Source of the DNA: Bugula neritina
Taxonomy: Eukaryota; Animalia; Bryozoa
DNA length: 64,000 nucleotides
Assembly (NCBI GenBank): GCA_964035545.1
Contig: OZ037773.1
Span: forward strand, 8,957,751-9,021,750
Direction of reading: 5' to 3'
The translations under genes and the position numbers were made by a program. The notes under the pieces were generated by a model, which was given only the letters and a program-made list of their open reading frames with translations, did no database searches and was not told the DNA's origin. This document shows positions 25,701 to 44,500 of the stretch, piece by piece (the first letter of the stretch is position 1; the number at the start of each line of letters is the position of its first letter).

Positions 25701-28700
25701 TCGTCAGGTCAGCAATCTGAGCTCTGTCATCATTCAGCTGTTTGATCCTACAGACCGACAGCATAGCCCTTAGTAACAGAGCCCTTAGTAACAGAGCCCT
25801 TAGTAACAGAGCCCTTAGTAACAGAGCCCTTAGTAACAGAGCCCTTAGTAACAGAGCCCTTAGTAACAGAGCCCTTAGTAACAGAGTCCTTAGTAACAGA
25901 GCCCTTAGTAACAGAGTCCTTAGTAACAGAGTCCTAAGTAACAGAGTCCTAAGTAACAGAGCCCTTAGTAACAGAGTCCTTAGTAACAGAACCCTAAGTA
26001 ACAGAGTCCTTAGTAACAGAGTCCTTAGTAACAGAGTCCTTAGTAACAGAGTCCTTAGTAACAGAGTCCTTAATAACAGAGCCATATATTGATCAATCAT
26101 TGACCAGTAGAAAAGAGTATATAACTATTGTACAAGTGAACTGTTCAGTCATTCGTTAGCGAGTAACTGCACAAATTAAGGTGTGACCGGGTTGCAGCAT
26201 TAAAGGTGAGTATTAATGGCTTCACCGCCTAACTATGAGTAATCTGATAGTCTAGTGGTGCAGTTATAAGCAGTGCAGGTATTCAAGATGTAGGTAGAAA
26301 AGGCGCAGGTAGAAAAAGACTCAGGTAGAAAAAGACTCACCTGTCACCCGCCTCCACTATCATTCTCCTATTCTGCTCCTTCAACTTAGTATACAGTTCT
26401 TCTTCAGTTCTCTTGTCAGATTCACTCAAACCACCTGCATTGACCTGTCAACACATGAGTGACATACAAGTTGAGACACATTAAAATAGCTGCAGCAACA
26501 CACTTATATGACACTGTGACAAGTGACAACTGACACGGTAATCAAATCACCTGCAACAACCTGCATAAACTTGCCTCACATGAGAAATAAATACATTAGT
26601 GACAAAAACCACACATGACATTTGTGACCTATTATTAATATCTAAATAGTTTCTATCAATTCAAAACAATTCTCACGGCTAAAGCACTTGTACCAAGAAC
26701 ATGTGGTACTTGCAGCACCCTTTAACAGATAATGTAATCAGATTAGTGACAAGATGCCTAGTAACAATAAAACTCATGTTCCATAAGAAAACCTGCTGAT
26801 CATGACCAACATCTAAACAATAAAATTACCTGCTGCACAGGTGGCTGTGACCCGGCTGAGGGTTTAAGATTTCTGTTTACTGAAGGTATAGCAGAGTTGA
26901 TAGATGGAACAACTTCGTTACTAACTGCTGCCTTCACACCGGGGATAGAGGAAGGAGTTGTCACACTTGCTGGTGGTACACCTGCGGGTAGTGTGGGGCT
27001 GCTGGTCAAAGCTGGGGTGTGTGAGGAGACGCCCCCTCCACTGGAAGAGGGCTGACCTAGGCTATTCTGTGATTCAGAGTTGGTGCCACCGGGAAATCCG
27101 ACTCCGTTTGTCAGATCAGACATTGAGCTACCTGCAGCAGACGTTGCTGTAGCTGCAGCAGACGAGGCAGTCTGTCTCTGGCTATTAGGTTTGTTGGATC
27201 TATCTACAGAAGGAAACCTGTTAGGTGGGTGTGTCACTGATTCACCTTGACCTCCGGGAGAAGGGGGCGGGTCCACTTTGTCAAAGTCAAGGTCATAGCT
27301 GATGGAACTGACTGCATACAAGAAAACACATCCTGAATAAGTAATTAGAAAGAGTGCCATGAAATAGCGAATTAACATGGTAAAACTGATGAAATGTTGT
27401 AACGCGACGCAACACAGGATGAGACTGATAAACTAAAGCGACTCACCATCTGGTATATCTATGACAGACTTGGGTAGACTGACGTCTCGCACTGATGGGT
27501 TGGTACTGAACATGGGGTAGAACTTCACCCAATCCTTGTAACCTCCATCTAAAATCTGTGGTTCACATGCTAAACTGATCTAAAAATAGATGATGATAGC
27601 GTACACACACATCTTACTTGTAATATAACTAGTACTACAGCAATGTGACCAAATTGATAAACATGTAGACAGCAACATAGACAAACACTGGCAGCACAGT
27701 GAGACGAAGGCAGCAGATGTGTTTCAGTTAAGATAGACATTGATGAGTTCTCAAGTGAGGAGTTGGTGATGTCAGAGGAGAAATCCACAGAAATGTGGCA
27801 TAGAGGTCATAACTCCAAGAAACTCAAGTTTCATACTAACACTGCATTATTATACTCAAACTGAAAGTAGTGTAGATGAGTAGAAGCAATGGAAGCAATG
27901 CAAGAATCACTTTACGCCAAAATAAGTTTCTAATGAGCCTATTTATTCCATTTTTGCTGGTATCGTTAATTTTTAGTCATACAGAATTACTGTACACGCA
28001 TAGTTTAAGTAGGTGCAACATTCCAGTGCTACACAAACAGAACCACACTTGGTGGGAGACGGAAGTAGGATTAGTGTTATGAAAGGACAGGACTAGGTTA
28101 CCATGGTTACCTGCTGGTCGTATTTATAGAGCACATCTTTGAGGACACAGAGAGGGTGAGAAGGAGTGAGTTCAGAATATTTAGACTCCCAGTCTAAGAG
28201 GACAATACTCTTGTAGTTAGCCCTAGCGTCAAACAGCGACTGGTTGCGGGTGCTCAGTTTACCCCTCAACTTACTCGCCAATATCCTACAAGATAACACC
28301 AGGACTATTCAGCAAACTAACAGAGCAAATCAACTATAACCTGCAAACTATTTCCAGTTCAAATGAGCAAACAAAAGATTACAAGAAAAGTAAACAATAT
28401 TCTCACAGCTATTCCATTTATACCATTCAACCTAAAAGTGCCTCAAATACTTTACAGCTAACGCCTATAGGAAACAGAGGTCTTGAACAAGTTTATGCAG
28501 AATGGAATTCAACCTTGACCTAAAGTTGACCTTGCAGACATGTTAGTTTCAGCAGACCTACCCGGGTATTATGTGATCTGCGGAGATATGCAGAACGTCC
28601 ACTGAGTCGAGTCTGATGTGTGAGTCATCGTAACGATTAGTCGGCTGGATATCTATCAGTAGGATTTGCCCTCCCCCAACCGTCTCTATACTGTTATATA

Positions 28701-30572
28701 ACTCAACAGGAGTGAGAGAAGGGGAGATAACTTCATCACCTGACACAGAAACATTGAGTAGCATAATGACATCACATGATTGCAAGGACATTAAATGTTT
28801 CTAGATTTGACAAACTAGGAAAATGCATTCAGAAGGCGAACTGAAAAGGCAAAGAATGACGGACTGCTGAAACCATGCATCAGAATTGTCTTCTCTCTTT
28901 TGTCAGTAAAACTTAACATGTCTACCAGTCAAAATCAATTCGATTACTTAAAATAGCTAAGAGTATAATTATTATTTATCTATGTGAATATTATTTCTAT
29001 GTTTAATGCGTATATTACTTTTACTATAAAAAAGACATCCAACACTGCAAAGAGCTAAATATAGAAAATCAAATACATAAGTTAATGGAATGTCACCTAG
29101 GCTCACCAAGTATTTGCTGCATTAGAAATAGTACACAGTACACACTACAGAGATAGTAGTATTAGAAATAGTACACAGTACACACTACAGAGATAGTAGT
29201 ATTAGAAATAGTACACACTACACACTACAGAGATAGTAGTATTAGAAATAGTACACACTACACACTACAGATATAGTAGTATTAGAAATAGTACACACTA
29301 CACACTACAGAGATAGTAGTATTAGAAATAGTACACACTACACACATAGTAGTATTAGAAATAGTACACACTACACACTACAGAGATAGTAGTATTAGAA
29401 ATAGTACACACTACACACTACAGAGATAGTAGTATTAGAAATAGTACACACTACACACTACAGAGATAGTAGTATTAGAAATAACTAGTCACAGGAAGTT
29501 ACATGTTTAGGGCATGCCAAGTTAAAAACTAAGATACCATTTATAGTTTCGCTAGTAGAATCTGTAGTGTCAACTGTTGACTTGGACTCGGGGGTGGGGT
29601 TGACCCCCGTCTCATCGGAGGAAGTATTGTTCTGACGAGTAGCCATCTTGGCTGCCACACTCTCAGCCTGCTTCTCCTCGTACCTGCAGAGTAATCAGTA
29701 GTCTACAGGAATCTCACACCACCATCATAAACCGTGCAAGTATAACTCTCAGTTATTCAAATAATCACACAAATAGAACTTCTCATTCACTTTTTAAAGC
29801 GTTTAGTTTCCTGGTAATAACAATTCAGTTTCTTTAGAGTTGTTCAAACTGTAGAGTCACTACTGAATGACCACACACAACTAGTCTAGCCTAGATACCA
29901 TAGAACCACCACTACCAGGTCACACAATCAGCAGAATCTCACCTGTGTTTCAGAGAGTCCGACAGTTTCTCAGCGTGTGTCAAGGCATTTGGCCAGGAGG
30001 CAAACATGGAGTTGTAGTAGGCTTTGTCTTTCTTGTAGGCCAGTGAGCCTTTAACCACTAGCAAAACATAACAACTTGTCTTAGTCAACGGGTACAAGAA
30101 GGAGATTAAATGTGACAACTGAGTTTTCTTAATTTGATGAGGTTTAAAGGCCAGGCCCAGTATATATTCCCTATCACAAAACTCTTGCAAACAATTTACC
30201 TGTATATAGGTTCAGGTACTTCATGAAGTTGAGGTAAGCTTTTTCTTCATCTCTTAACTCCAGGGATTTCTCAGCTTGCTTGTAGACTTGACTGCCAATT
30301 CGAGCCAGCCTATCGACATAGAAATGTAAACACATCTAGTAAACACAACTAGTTAACAGTTAGCACAACTAGTAAACACATTCACCAGATGATAATCTTG
30401 GAATTCCAGCAACATTGCACTGTATGCCAGACAATTATATAATAAATTGTTTGCCTCTAAAATCTACTCACATCTCAGGCTTTGATTTCAGAATATTAGG
30501 CGGTAGTTCTGCCTTCTTATTGAGCTGTTCCAAGGTGATGGCAAGGTAGAGCTTCCCCGCCACTGATGGCAT
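16915..30572 (-). CDS. USP8: Ubiquitin carboxyl-terminal hydrolase 8 (MIT, rhodanese, WW-like and USP domains), about 22 coding exons
   Basis: Start [23 protein letters not shown] at 30572. MIT motif [12 protein letters not shown]. Rhodanese motifs ILLIDIQ and [17 protein letters not shown]-like [23 protein letters not shown]. 14-3-3-site-like [10 protein letters not shown]. Cys box [21 protein letters not shown]; QMDSQEFL; His box [11 protein letters not shown]; FNDESVS; terminal [12 protein letters not shown]. Stop TAG at 16917-16915. Confidence 0.96.
17190..17280. repeat. 30-bp minisatellite (TGATTGGTCAAAGCAGAGCATACTTCAATG)
   Basis: About 3 copies next to a USP8 donor. Confidence 0.85.
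19805..22695. mobile_element. Non-autonomous TIR DNA transposon-like insertion (~2.9 kb) in a USP8 intron
   Basis: Left end TGTGACCTCCCACCACAAAACAGGGAAC versus right end (reverse complement) TGTGACCCATCACGACAAAACCGGGAAC. Both ends are flanked by TATA. The same ATACAGTCTAT minisatellite lies on both sides. No long ORF. Confidence 0.8.
25765..26085. repeat. 15-bp minisatellite (CTTAGTAACAGAGCC)
   Basis: About 21 copies just upstream of a USP8 acceptor on the minus strand. Confidence 0.95.
29120..29482. repeat. 40-bp minisatellite
   Basis: About 9 copies of ATTAGAAATAGTACACACTACACACTACAGAGATAGTAGT. Confidence 0.95.
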
Positions 30573-32872
30573 GGTCACACAATGTGTCTTACTAATCCTT
30601 AAATTGACTCCATTTAACTATACCATCTGAGAGAAAATACAAAAACTAGTAATAGTTAAAACATATCTACACTTCTGTGCGACTGAGAGGGAGAGTACAA
30701 CTGTTCACTACAACTAGTACTACAAGACTAAGTCAAAGTGTAACATGATGATGAAAGTACTAAAACTAAAAGTAGAAGGTTCAAACTAACTTAAACGAGT
30801 TTTCTACTTTAAGCTTTGTTACTTCAACTTCTACTTCAAGTTCAAGTTTTACAAAATTTTCATTTTGTTAAGCTGAAAGTCAAAGTAAATTGAAAATTCA
30901 CTTTCACAGTTTCACTTTGACTTTAAAGATTCAAATTTCAATTTCACTTTCAAAATTATGGTTATGGCACTAATATCGATGGTAATACTCATATTTATAT
31001 TATAGTTATAGTAAGGTTTATAAATGATTATGATAGAAGTTAATGATCAGATCAAATATCATTACGAGTCAATGATCAATCTAATTATCACAATGATTAT
31101 CATTATGATAGTCGCTGTTATACATGTATATGACATTAAATACTACTCAACTAGGACTAAAAACGGAAACAAAATTACGTAGTAGTGTCACATGACAGTA
31201 TTTTATCAGTCTACTGCCTTACATACTTCGTGTATAATCCGGTAATTTCAAGGATGCAATGTAGTCTAATAAAATCAACATTTGTAGTCAAGATTCATCA
31301 GGAAATATTAGAAGGGTGTTGCTTATAAGTTATTGCCAAGTTAACCCGACGCTACCGGTTACTATTTTCCGGAATTGCTAAAAATTCCACATTTCCAATT
31401 AAAATTGTTATAATATTAATATCCGTGCATGTTCTGCAAAAAAACTTGCGATGAATGTGATGAATTAAAACTTTGAATATCAAATGAAATTTATTACAGT
31501 TATCATTATCATTATGATCATCATTATTACTTAGTATTATGATTATATTAATAAATATAACATCATTGTATGTATTTTAATATTTATATTGTATTGCTGT
31601 TGTGCTAATTTTAGTTTTATTTTCACTGATACTGATAGTCATACTCATAGTGATTTAGGTTTTCTAACAATAGTTTAAATTAATAATAATAATTATTGTA
31701 AATTATTAAGTTTAATACTAATAGTAATAGTATAAATATAATAATTATTATAATTTCACTTTGAATTGTTGATGCAAACTTAAAGTTAAAGGCAGAAGCA
31801 TCGTCTTCACTATGAGTATTGAGTAGGAATAATATCAACATACTTCGTGAAAATTAGAACACTCTGGTAAAACTAAAAGATCAGATCGGCCCGGGTTGTT
31901 TTTTCACCGATTTGAATATAATAACAGTAATTCTAATAGTTTGACATAGGCAGATGAAAGCGTTTCATAGCTCTCTTCATTCCGGGTGTATTCTCATTAA
32001 CAAAGTTAATCTGTAGTCTCTTCGCTGGCTTGCAAGAGTTTTAAGCTGTAATTTGCTGATGCTATATTTTCTTTTGAGGTTATAAATAAACCTAAAGCTT
32101 GATTTTAAATCCTACAGCTACAGTCTGTCTGCATATTCAAGGGTAGGTCTATACTTGGGTTTACAATTAAATTTACCTCTGTGGGTGCATTGTTTGATAC
32201 AGTCAAGTACTTTGCTGGCATTGTTGACTTGTATTATAATCTTAAACTACATCAATATCCAATCTATAAGGTTCATTGGTTGGCTATTAGTATTGCCTTG
32301 ACTCTATTAGTATTACATTTTGATGTATTGTAAGTTATGAGGTTTAGTATAAATATAAGTTTATAGCTATTACAATTAGTATTAGTAAACAAGAGGTGCA
32401 TGATCATGATCAAATAGCAATACTAATACTAATAGTAATAGTCTAACTAAGTAGTACTCATACTGAGTAGTAATACTAATACTAATAGTAATAGTCTAAC
32501 TAAGTAGTACTCATACTGAGTAGTAATACTAATACTAATAGTAGTAATAATATTTAATTTCATAAAATTCAATAATAATCGATCACTTCTTGAAAATTAG
32601 GACACTCTGGTAAAGTGGCAAAATCTATTCCTAATCGCTTTAGCTTAATAATAATACTAACACATAGTTATAGTAATGCTTTTATGTCAGTATATTTTTA
32701 CAGTAGCCTACTAAAGTTATGTTGCTTAAGTTATCAATTAAGCTTTTAAATGGCTTACCATATGTATCTTTGAAATTAGATTTCTAGCTAGTTCACTTTA
32801 TGTAACTAGATTCAGTTTCGTTTTGTATTACCGGTTCTTTAACTTTAACTTGAATTTCTACTAAACTTTGCA

Positions 32873-38316
<5,444 letters not shown>

Positions 38317-41300
38317 TGTCCCAACTTGTACGGGGTGTTAGGCAGTATATTATATCGCTGTGTGTGTTTGTGCTCTAATAATAATATGTATATTTTATAT
38401 TATATAATTATGTTTTATAATTATATGCTGCTACTGTGTTATAAGTTGCATATTACTTTTCTCCAATGCACAGTTAATAAGTCTATAGTTGATAGCTATT
38501 TATAACTCAGTTCCATCAAAATTTTTATAATAATGTTTAAAATATATTATTCAAATAAAGTTGGTCTTCAACATATTGCTAAACATTAAGAATAATTGTG
38601 TTGTGTTTTCAGAATATAGATATATTTATTGCAGGAGACTGAAAAAAGAGCAGCTTATAGATAATTTATGAGTGTTAAGTTATAAGTGAAGTCTCAAGTT
38701 AGAAGATAAATCTCTGAATAACAGAGAATGTTAGGTTTATATACCAGTCTAAAAAGTTGGCTATTTGGTAGTAGCCAGAATCATTACATAAAATAAGCAT
38801 AATGTAGCAAACATAGCTGTGTTAATACAAGTAAAGCTATCATGAATTAGGAAAAACTTTCCCAGCTCATGTAATTTCCAGACAAATTGCAATAATGGTC
38901 TGAACGGTTATCAATCTACTAGTCCATTTACATATATATATTACTATTCCTGATGTCTGCAGAGATTATGTCTATAGCATGATCATAATATACTGAAGTT
39001 GTTGTTCTGGTGTTTCATAATAGGCAAAATTTCTGGTATCTTCACAGTTTGATAAAATCTGCTGCTAATATTTCTTGACTGGCTTTAAAAGTTGCCAACA
39101 AATTACAGCATCTATACAGCAGCTATATACTACACATATTATATGCATATACATATTACACTACACATGTAATGCAATAATATACAGTCAAACACTATAT
39201 ACACTACATTATATTATACAGTAATACAATAGTATACAGTCAAACACTATATACGTACACTACATCATATTATATACATATAATACAATAGCATACAGTC
39301 AAACACTATATACACACTACATTATATTATACAGTAATACAATAGTATACAGTTATAATACCCTATATACAATCCTTCACACACTATGCATTCACATACT
39401 ATAATATAGTCCTACTTAATATACAGCACTAACATGCTGTACACTGTAAAATGCTAATGTACAGCTGATCTACTAATTGTCAATTATACTCCTTCAGGAT
39501 TTACAGTTTTCTCAATATCAGCTCAGCTCTTTGTCTGATTTCTCTCTTCTACTCACAGAGAAGTGATAACTGCAAATTCTTCACAACAGACTTCACTACA
39601 CACCTTACACGTTATTGTAAGTCCTGTATGTACATCTAGTAGGTCATGGTAAGTACTGTATGTACATTTTATGGGTCATTGTAGCTCTTAGCCATTAGTT
39701 TTTTACATGGCAAAGCTATCAGCTAGAGAAGCATTGGTTGAGAGTTTGGCTTTTAAGGTGACATGGGAAGCAGTTAAATGCTGATAGCTAAAAGAAGCAA
39801 CAGTTTGTTCCTCTTGAATGGGAAGGTGATGAAATGCAGCTGTGTGAAGGAAAACTTAGTTGAGAAGTTTTTCACTCAGCTACGTTGAGAATAATGAGAG
39901 ATAAAAACTCACTCTAAGTCGTAACCCACGAGATTGCAGGTAGACATATGAGCAAGTATGGATAAAGGCATCTACGTTCTTTGTAGGGTGTGGCTATGTT
40001 GATTGAAAACTAATAGCTCCTTCCTCACCAATACTGCTGTTGGGACACTGCATGTACAGCCCCTGATACACCTTGCGATTACTTAGGTTTCAGGACTATG
40101 TTGATTCAATAAACCATATCTTATCTAATCCATGGGCTGATTGTTAAATCTGACCAGTTTGTAGAGTTTCCCGTGCTTACTCAGCAGTTTATTCCAACTC
40201 AACAACTTCTCGTAGCCCCAAATAGGAGATGCTCAGGTTTTTCTAGCTTTTCCGTTGATCAACCAGCCCAGTATCACAGTGTTACAGCTATACTTACTGT
40301 TGAGACTTTGGCCACGTCTGAAACATGCAGTGTTACAGCTATACTTACTGTTGAGACTTTGACTACGTCTGAAACATGGAAAGTATACTAGAGAATTTTT
40401 GTGCTTTTTGACCTGTTGCTATCTATTCTTCTCCATATATCTTGCTCAAACTTTTCTTTAAAACTCTATTTTACTAATTTTTGATGGTGTTATGCCTTTT
40501 GCACACGGGAAAGATAGATGTAGCACAAGGTTTGGGTTCACTAAGTGTAGTATTTGTATACATATCATTATACGAACCCTAATCTCCCAAACTCAAACTT
40601 CCCCCCATTCCCCCAACTTACACAATGACGTCAATGCCAAACACTTGCTTTGCAACATTAAAGAAAAATATTATTTATTAACAAAACTACATCCAATACA
40701 CTGCTTCTTTAATAAAAGGTATTTATAATAATTATTTATATGTAATATGGATACTTAATACCATAGCTTTAGGTGTTGCAATCACATGTTTGCCTTTGGG
40801 GCATTATATCATGTACGCCAAGCTTTCCTCTGGCCTATGCTAATATTTAGTTTAGATAACAGTCTAACCACATCTGTTTGTTGTGCCAAGATTTAAAATA
40901 TTTTTGATGCAAACCAGGTTTGTGTGAGATACCCTTATCGGAGTTTCAGTACACTAAAGGTTTGAAAAGTGTATTAGGGCTGAGCCACTCATGAGAATTT
41001 AAGTGAATGTGCTGTCTCTATTTACTTATGCAATGCAGTTGTGTTTTGCTGCTCAACACAATAATATATTTCATTATAATACTAGACTTCATACAAGCAA
41101 AACGCTTTGAAAAAAGTTTCTTTTATACCTGATAAATTAACCTTTCACTATTTAGATACATGAACTAAATTTTATTGTTTTAAAGTTGGCAGCTAGAAAA
41201 ACACAAGTTGGTCAAAAAAAATTTCTAAAATGTGCTATACCTTTTTTGATACTGAATGTTTTTTATTTCAAACAGTCTAGTCTAATGTTTTTCTTCAAAT

Positions 41301-41557
41301 TTCTGTTGTCATTCAAGACTAACTTGTAGAATAATACTGCAACCATAGCCATAATAATTTTTCATTTTTCTAGATACTTCACAAGTTTTAAGTGCTTATA
41401 ACATCAAATTAAATAAACTGCTATATTTGAAGCTTCTAGGTGTGCAGTTCAATATGATAATGGTGCACCTCTAGTTGGTTGTGTTTGCTATTACCATGCT
41501 GATCAGCACAGCTTTTTCGCTGCCCACCACTTTTCCTTCTACTCTCTCACCGTCAAC

Positions 41558-44500
41558 ATGTATCGCCTAGCTGCAGTTCTGGTTCTCTCCTGCTCAGTTT
41601 TGACTGTTTACACACAGACTACAGGACCTGACCCATCCATTGGAAAAGGTAAAGGAAAAAGCTCGTATAACTGCATGAAATGTTTTAGTTTAAATTTACC
41701 TCTAAGGTTTTAGTATTAAATACATAAATAAATATATAAAGAGAGATTTCATAGGGAAAAATAATTGTCTTTCACTCTTCCTCATTTTCACTATTGCTCA
41801 CTCTAAAAATTTACTTCGTTCATTCCAAAATTTTCAATTTAGTGCTCAAATCTCTAAAGCAGCAGTTTAATGTTTTAAGTAAACAATATTTTTTTCAAAT
41901 TAGTTATTTGGGAAAATCTATCCTTTTCCAAAAATAATAATTGTCTGCATATACTTTACCTATAATTTAAATTCAACTACGTTATTCTGTTGTGCTTAAT
42001 TTTGGTAACATTAACTCAAATTACCTATAAATTTAGTAGTAAGCAAAGACTATTAACTTACACAAGGCGGAGGTTTGATGGAGGTTTTATATAGGGTTGA
42101 TTTAGGTTTGATAGAGGTTTTATACATAGGGTTGATTTAGAAAATTGATAATGAAAGTCAATATAATATGTTGGGCGGTGTACATGGTAACAAAAATTAT
42201 ATATTGGCATGCAAGTTTTTATACAACAAAATATATGCTGTTTAACAGATTTATGTTTGACTTTTTTTTTTATATTTACAAGATTATAATAGTGCAGCTA
42301 CGATATTCTGTAGGCACAGATCACTGCAAGAAGTGCGGGAGCAAGTCAGACATTGATCTCAAAGCTAATGGATTGACAGCAACTGATATCAGCCGGTGTG
42401 CTCTTAAAGACCTCAATGGTGGTACTAATTTGGCAGCCGCAACTTTTCAATGTGAATGCAAAGAGCCTTTCTACAAAGGAGATGGAATCACCTGTAATAG
42501 TGAGTCTGTTAATACTTACCATAAACACACTTACCTTAAACACACTTACTTTAAACACACTTACCTTAAACATACTTACCATATACATACTTACCTTAAA
42601 CATACTTACCTTAAACATACTTACCATAAACATACTTACCTTAAACATACTTACCTTAAACATACTTACCTTAAACATACTTATCATAAATCATACTTAC
42701 CTTAAACATACTTACCTTAAACATACTTACCATAAACATACTTACCTTAAACATACTTACCTTAAACATACTTACCTTAAACATACTTACCATAAACACA
42801 CTTACCTTAAACACACTTACCTTAAACATACTTACCATAAACATACTTACCTTAAACATACTTACCTTAAACATACTTACCTTAAACATACTTACCTTAA
42901 ACATACTTACCTTAAACATACTTACCATAAACACACTTACCTTAAACACACTTACCTTAAACATACTTACCTTAAACATACTTACCATAAACATATTTAC
43001 CTTAAACATACTTACCTTAAACACACTTACCTTAAACATACTTACCTTAAACATACTTATCATAAATCATACTTACCTTAAACATACTTACCATAAACAC
43101 ACTTACCTTAAACACACTTACCTTAAACACACTTACCATAAACATATTTACCTTAAACATACTTACCTTAAACATACTTACCTTAAACATACTTACCATA
43201 ACTTACAGGATGAAGTGATAGTTTGATTGCATATAATATTGTTTGAGAAAATATACAATAAAAGGCAAGCTGAAAACATTTCTGTTATTTTATTGCAAAT
43301 ATTTTGATGATTGAATGTCTTAAAAACCATTTGCAGAAAACAAAGAATTGGATTTATATCCACATCAAAAATGACATGTTTATTTTTGTCTTGAGTATTT
43401 TGCAAGAAATAAAATTAATTGGAGAGTATTTTTATTTGTACTTGCTCCTTCACAATATACTATTTAGAGAATATAACAAGTAAAGACTTTTTTCTTCAAA
43501 CAGAGCATGGTAGAATAAAAAATATTATTCTAGTCAATATTAATGTCTTGATTGAATTTGGAGATTCATATTATTTGCATTTGCAATATATCAATTACTG
43601 TTTTTTTTTCTGAATAAAACCTGAATTTGATACCAAATGAAATATACCATAAATAACACAGCAACACATTGATACAGGTAATTTGGTATTACAATAATCA
43701 AATTAATATAATATAGAAAATAGGTTGCAAAATAGTTTCTGCAGTCTATTAAAATGTGATCAATATTTTCACATTATTTTCATAAGTTGAGCACTTAAAA
43801 TGGCTGATAAGCATGTTTGACTTTTGTTATTGGCTCAACCATGTGTTTACTCTTTCAGGTGCAGATGAGTGCGAGGATAAAACTAATAACTGTGACAACC
43901 ATGCCACCTGCACAGACACTGTAAAGGGATTCGAGTGTGACTGTAACGAGGGGTGGATAGGAGACGGGGTTATCTGCTCAGGTATAACACTTTTACTTCT
44001 ATGAAGAGGGGACAAACCCTAAAACATAGCATGTTTTGCATAATTATATATATTGGAATATTCATTGCATTCAAAAAGCACTAAATGTTATTACTGGTAA
44101 TTTTCAGTATTTAATTAATTATTAATATAACTATGATAACCCAGTCCTTAGTATATTATTTTTATATATTTAATAATATTAGTGCTACCCAAGAATTCAC
44201 AAATATTTAATAAAATAAGCTCAATTTTTGAAAAAAGAGCAATCTATGACCCAAGTATTTGCATAAATGACATTAGAATGTCGATAAGCTTACCTGTATG
44301 ACAAATTTAATATAAGTTTAGATTGCAAACAAGTGATACACCTTTTTGTAGACTTCAACGAATGTGGAAACCAGACTTATGTTGCTGAGCATAACCACAC
44401 ACATGGCCCTTGTGGAGACAGTGGAAAGTGTGTCAACACAGTTGGATCTTACGTGTGTGTGTGCTATTCAGACCAGTACATCCAGGTTAACGGAACCAAT

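Noticed and set aside
25543-26100. LLLRA-repeat ORF and similar low-complexity ORFs (11533-11893, 37350-37802, 42346-43081, 44464-44886, 47115-47504, 50397-50680, 63158-63494)
   Set aside because: Translations of intronic or intergenic mini- and microsatellites; only the short non-repetitive parts are real exons.
29120-29482. Regular 33-53-bp repeats superficially like CRISPR arrays
   Set aside because: Head-to-tail units without unique spacers, eukaryotic intron context, no cas genes.
42512-43206. U1 snRNA gene
   Set aside because: Only the first 10 nt match; no stem-loops or Sm site follow.
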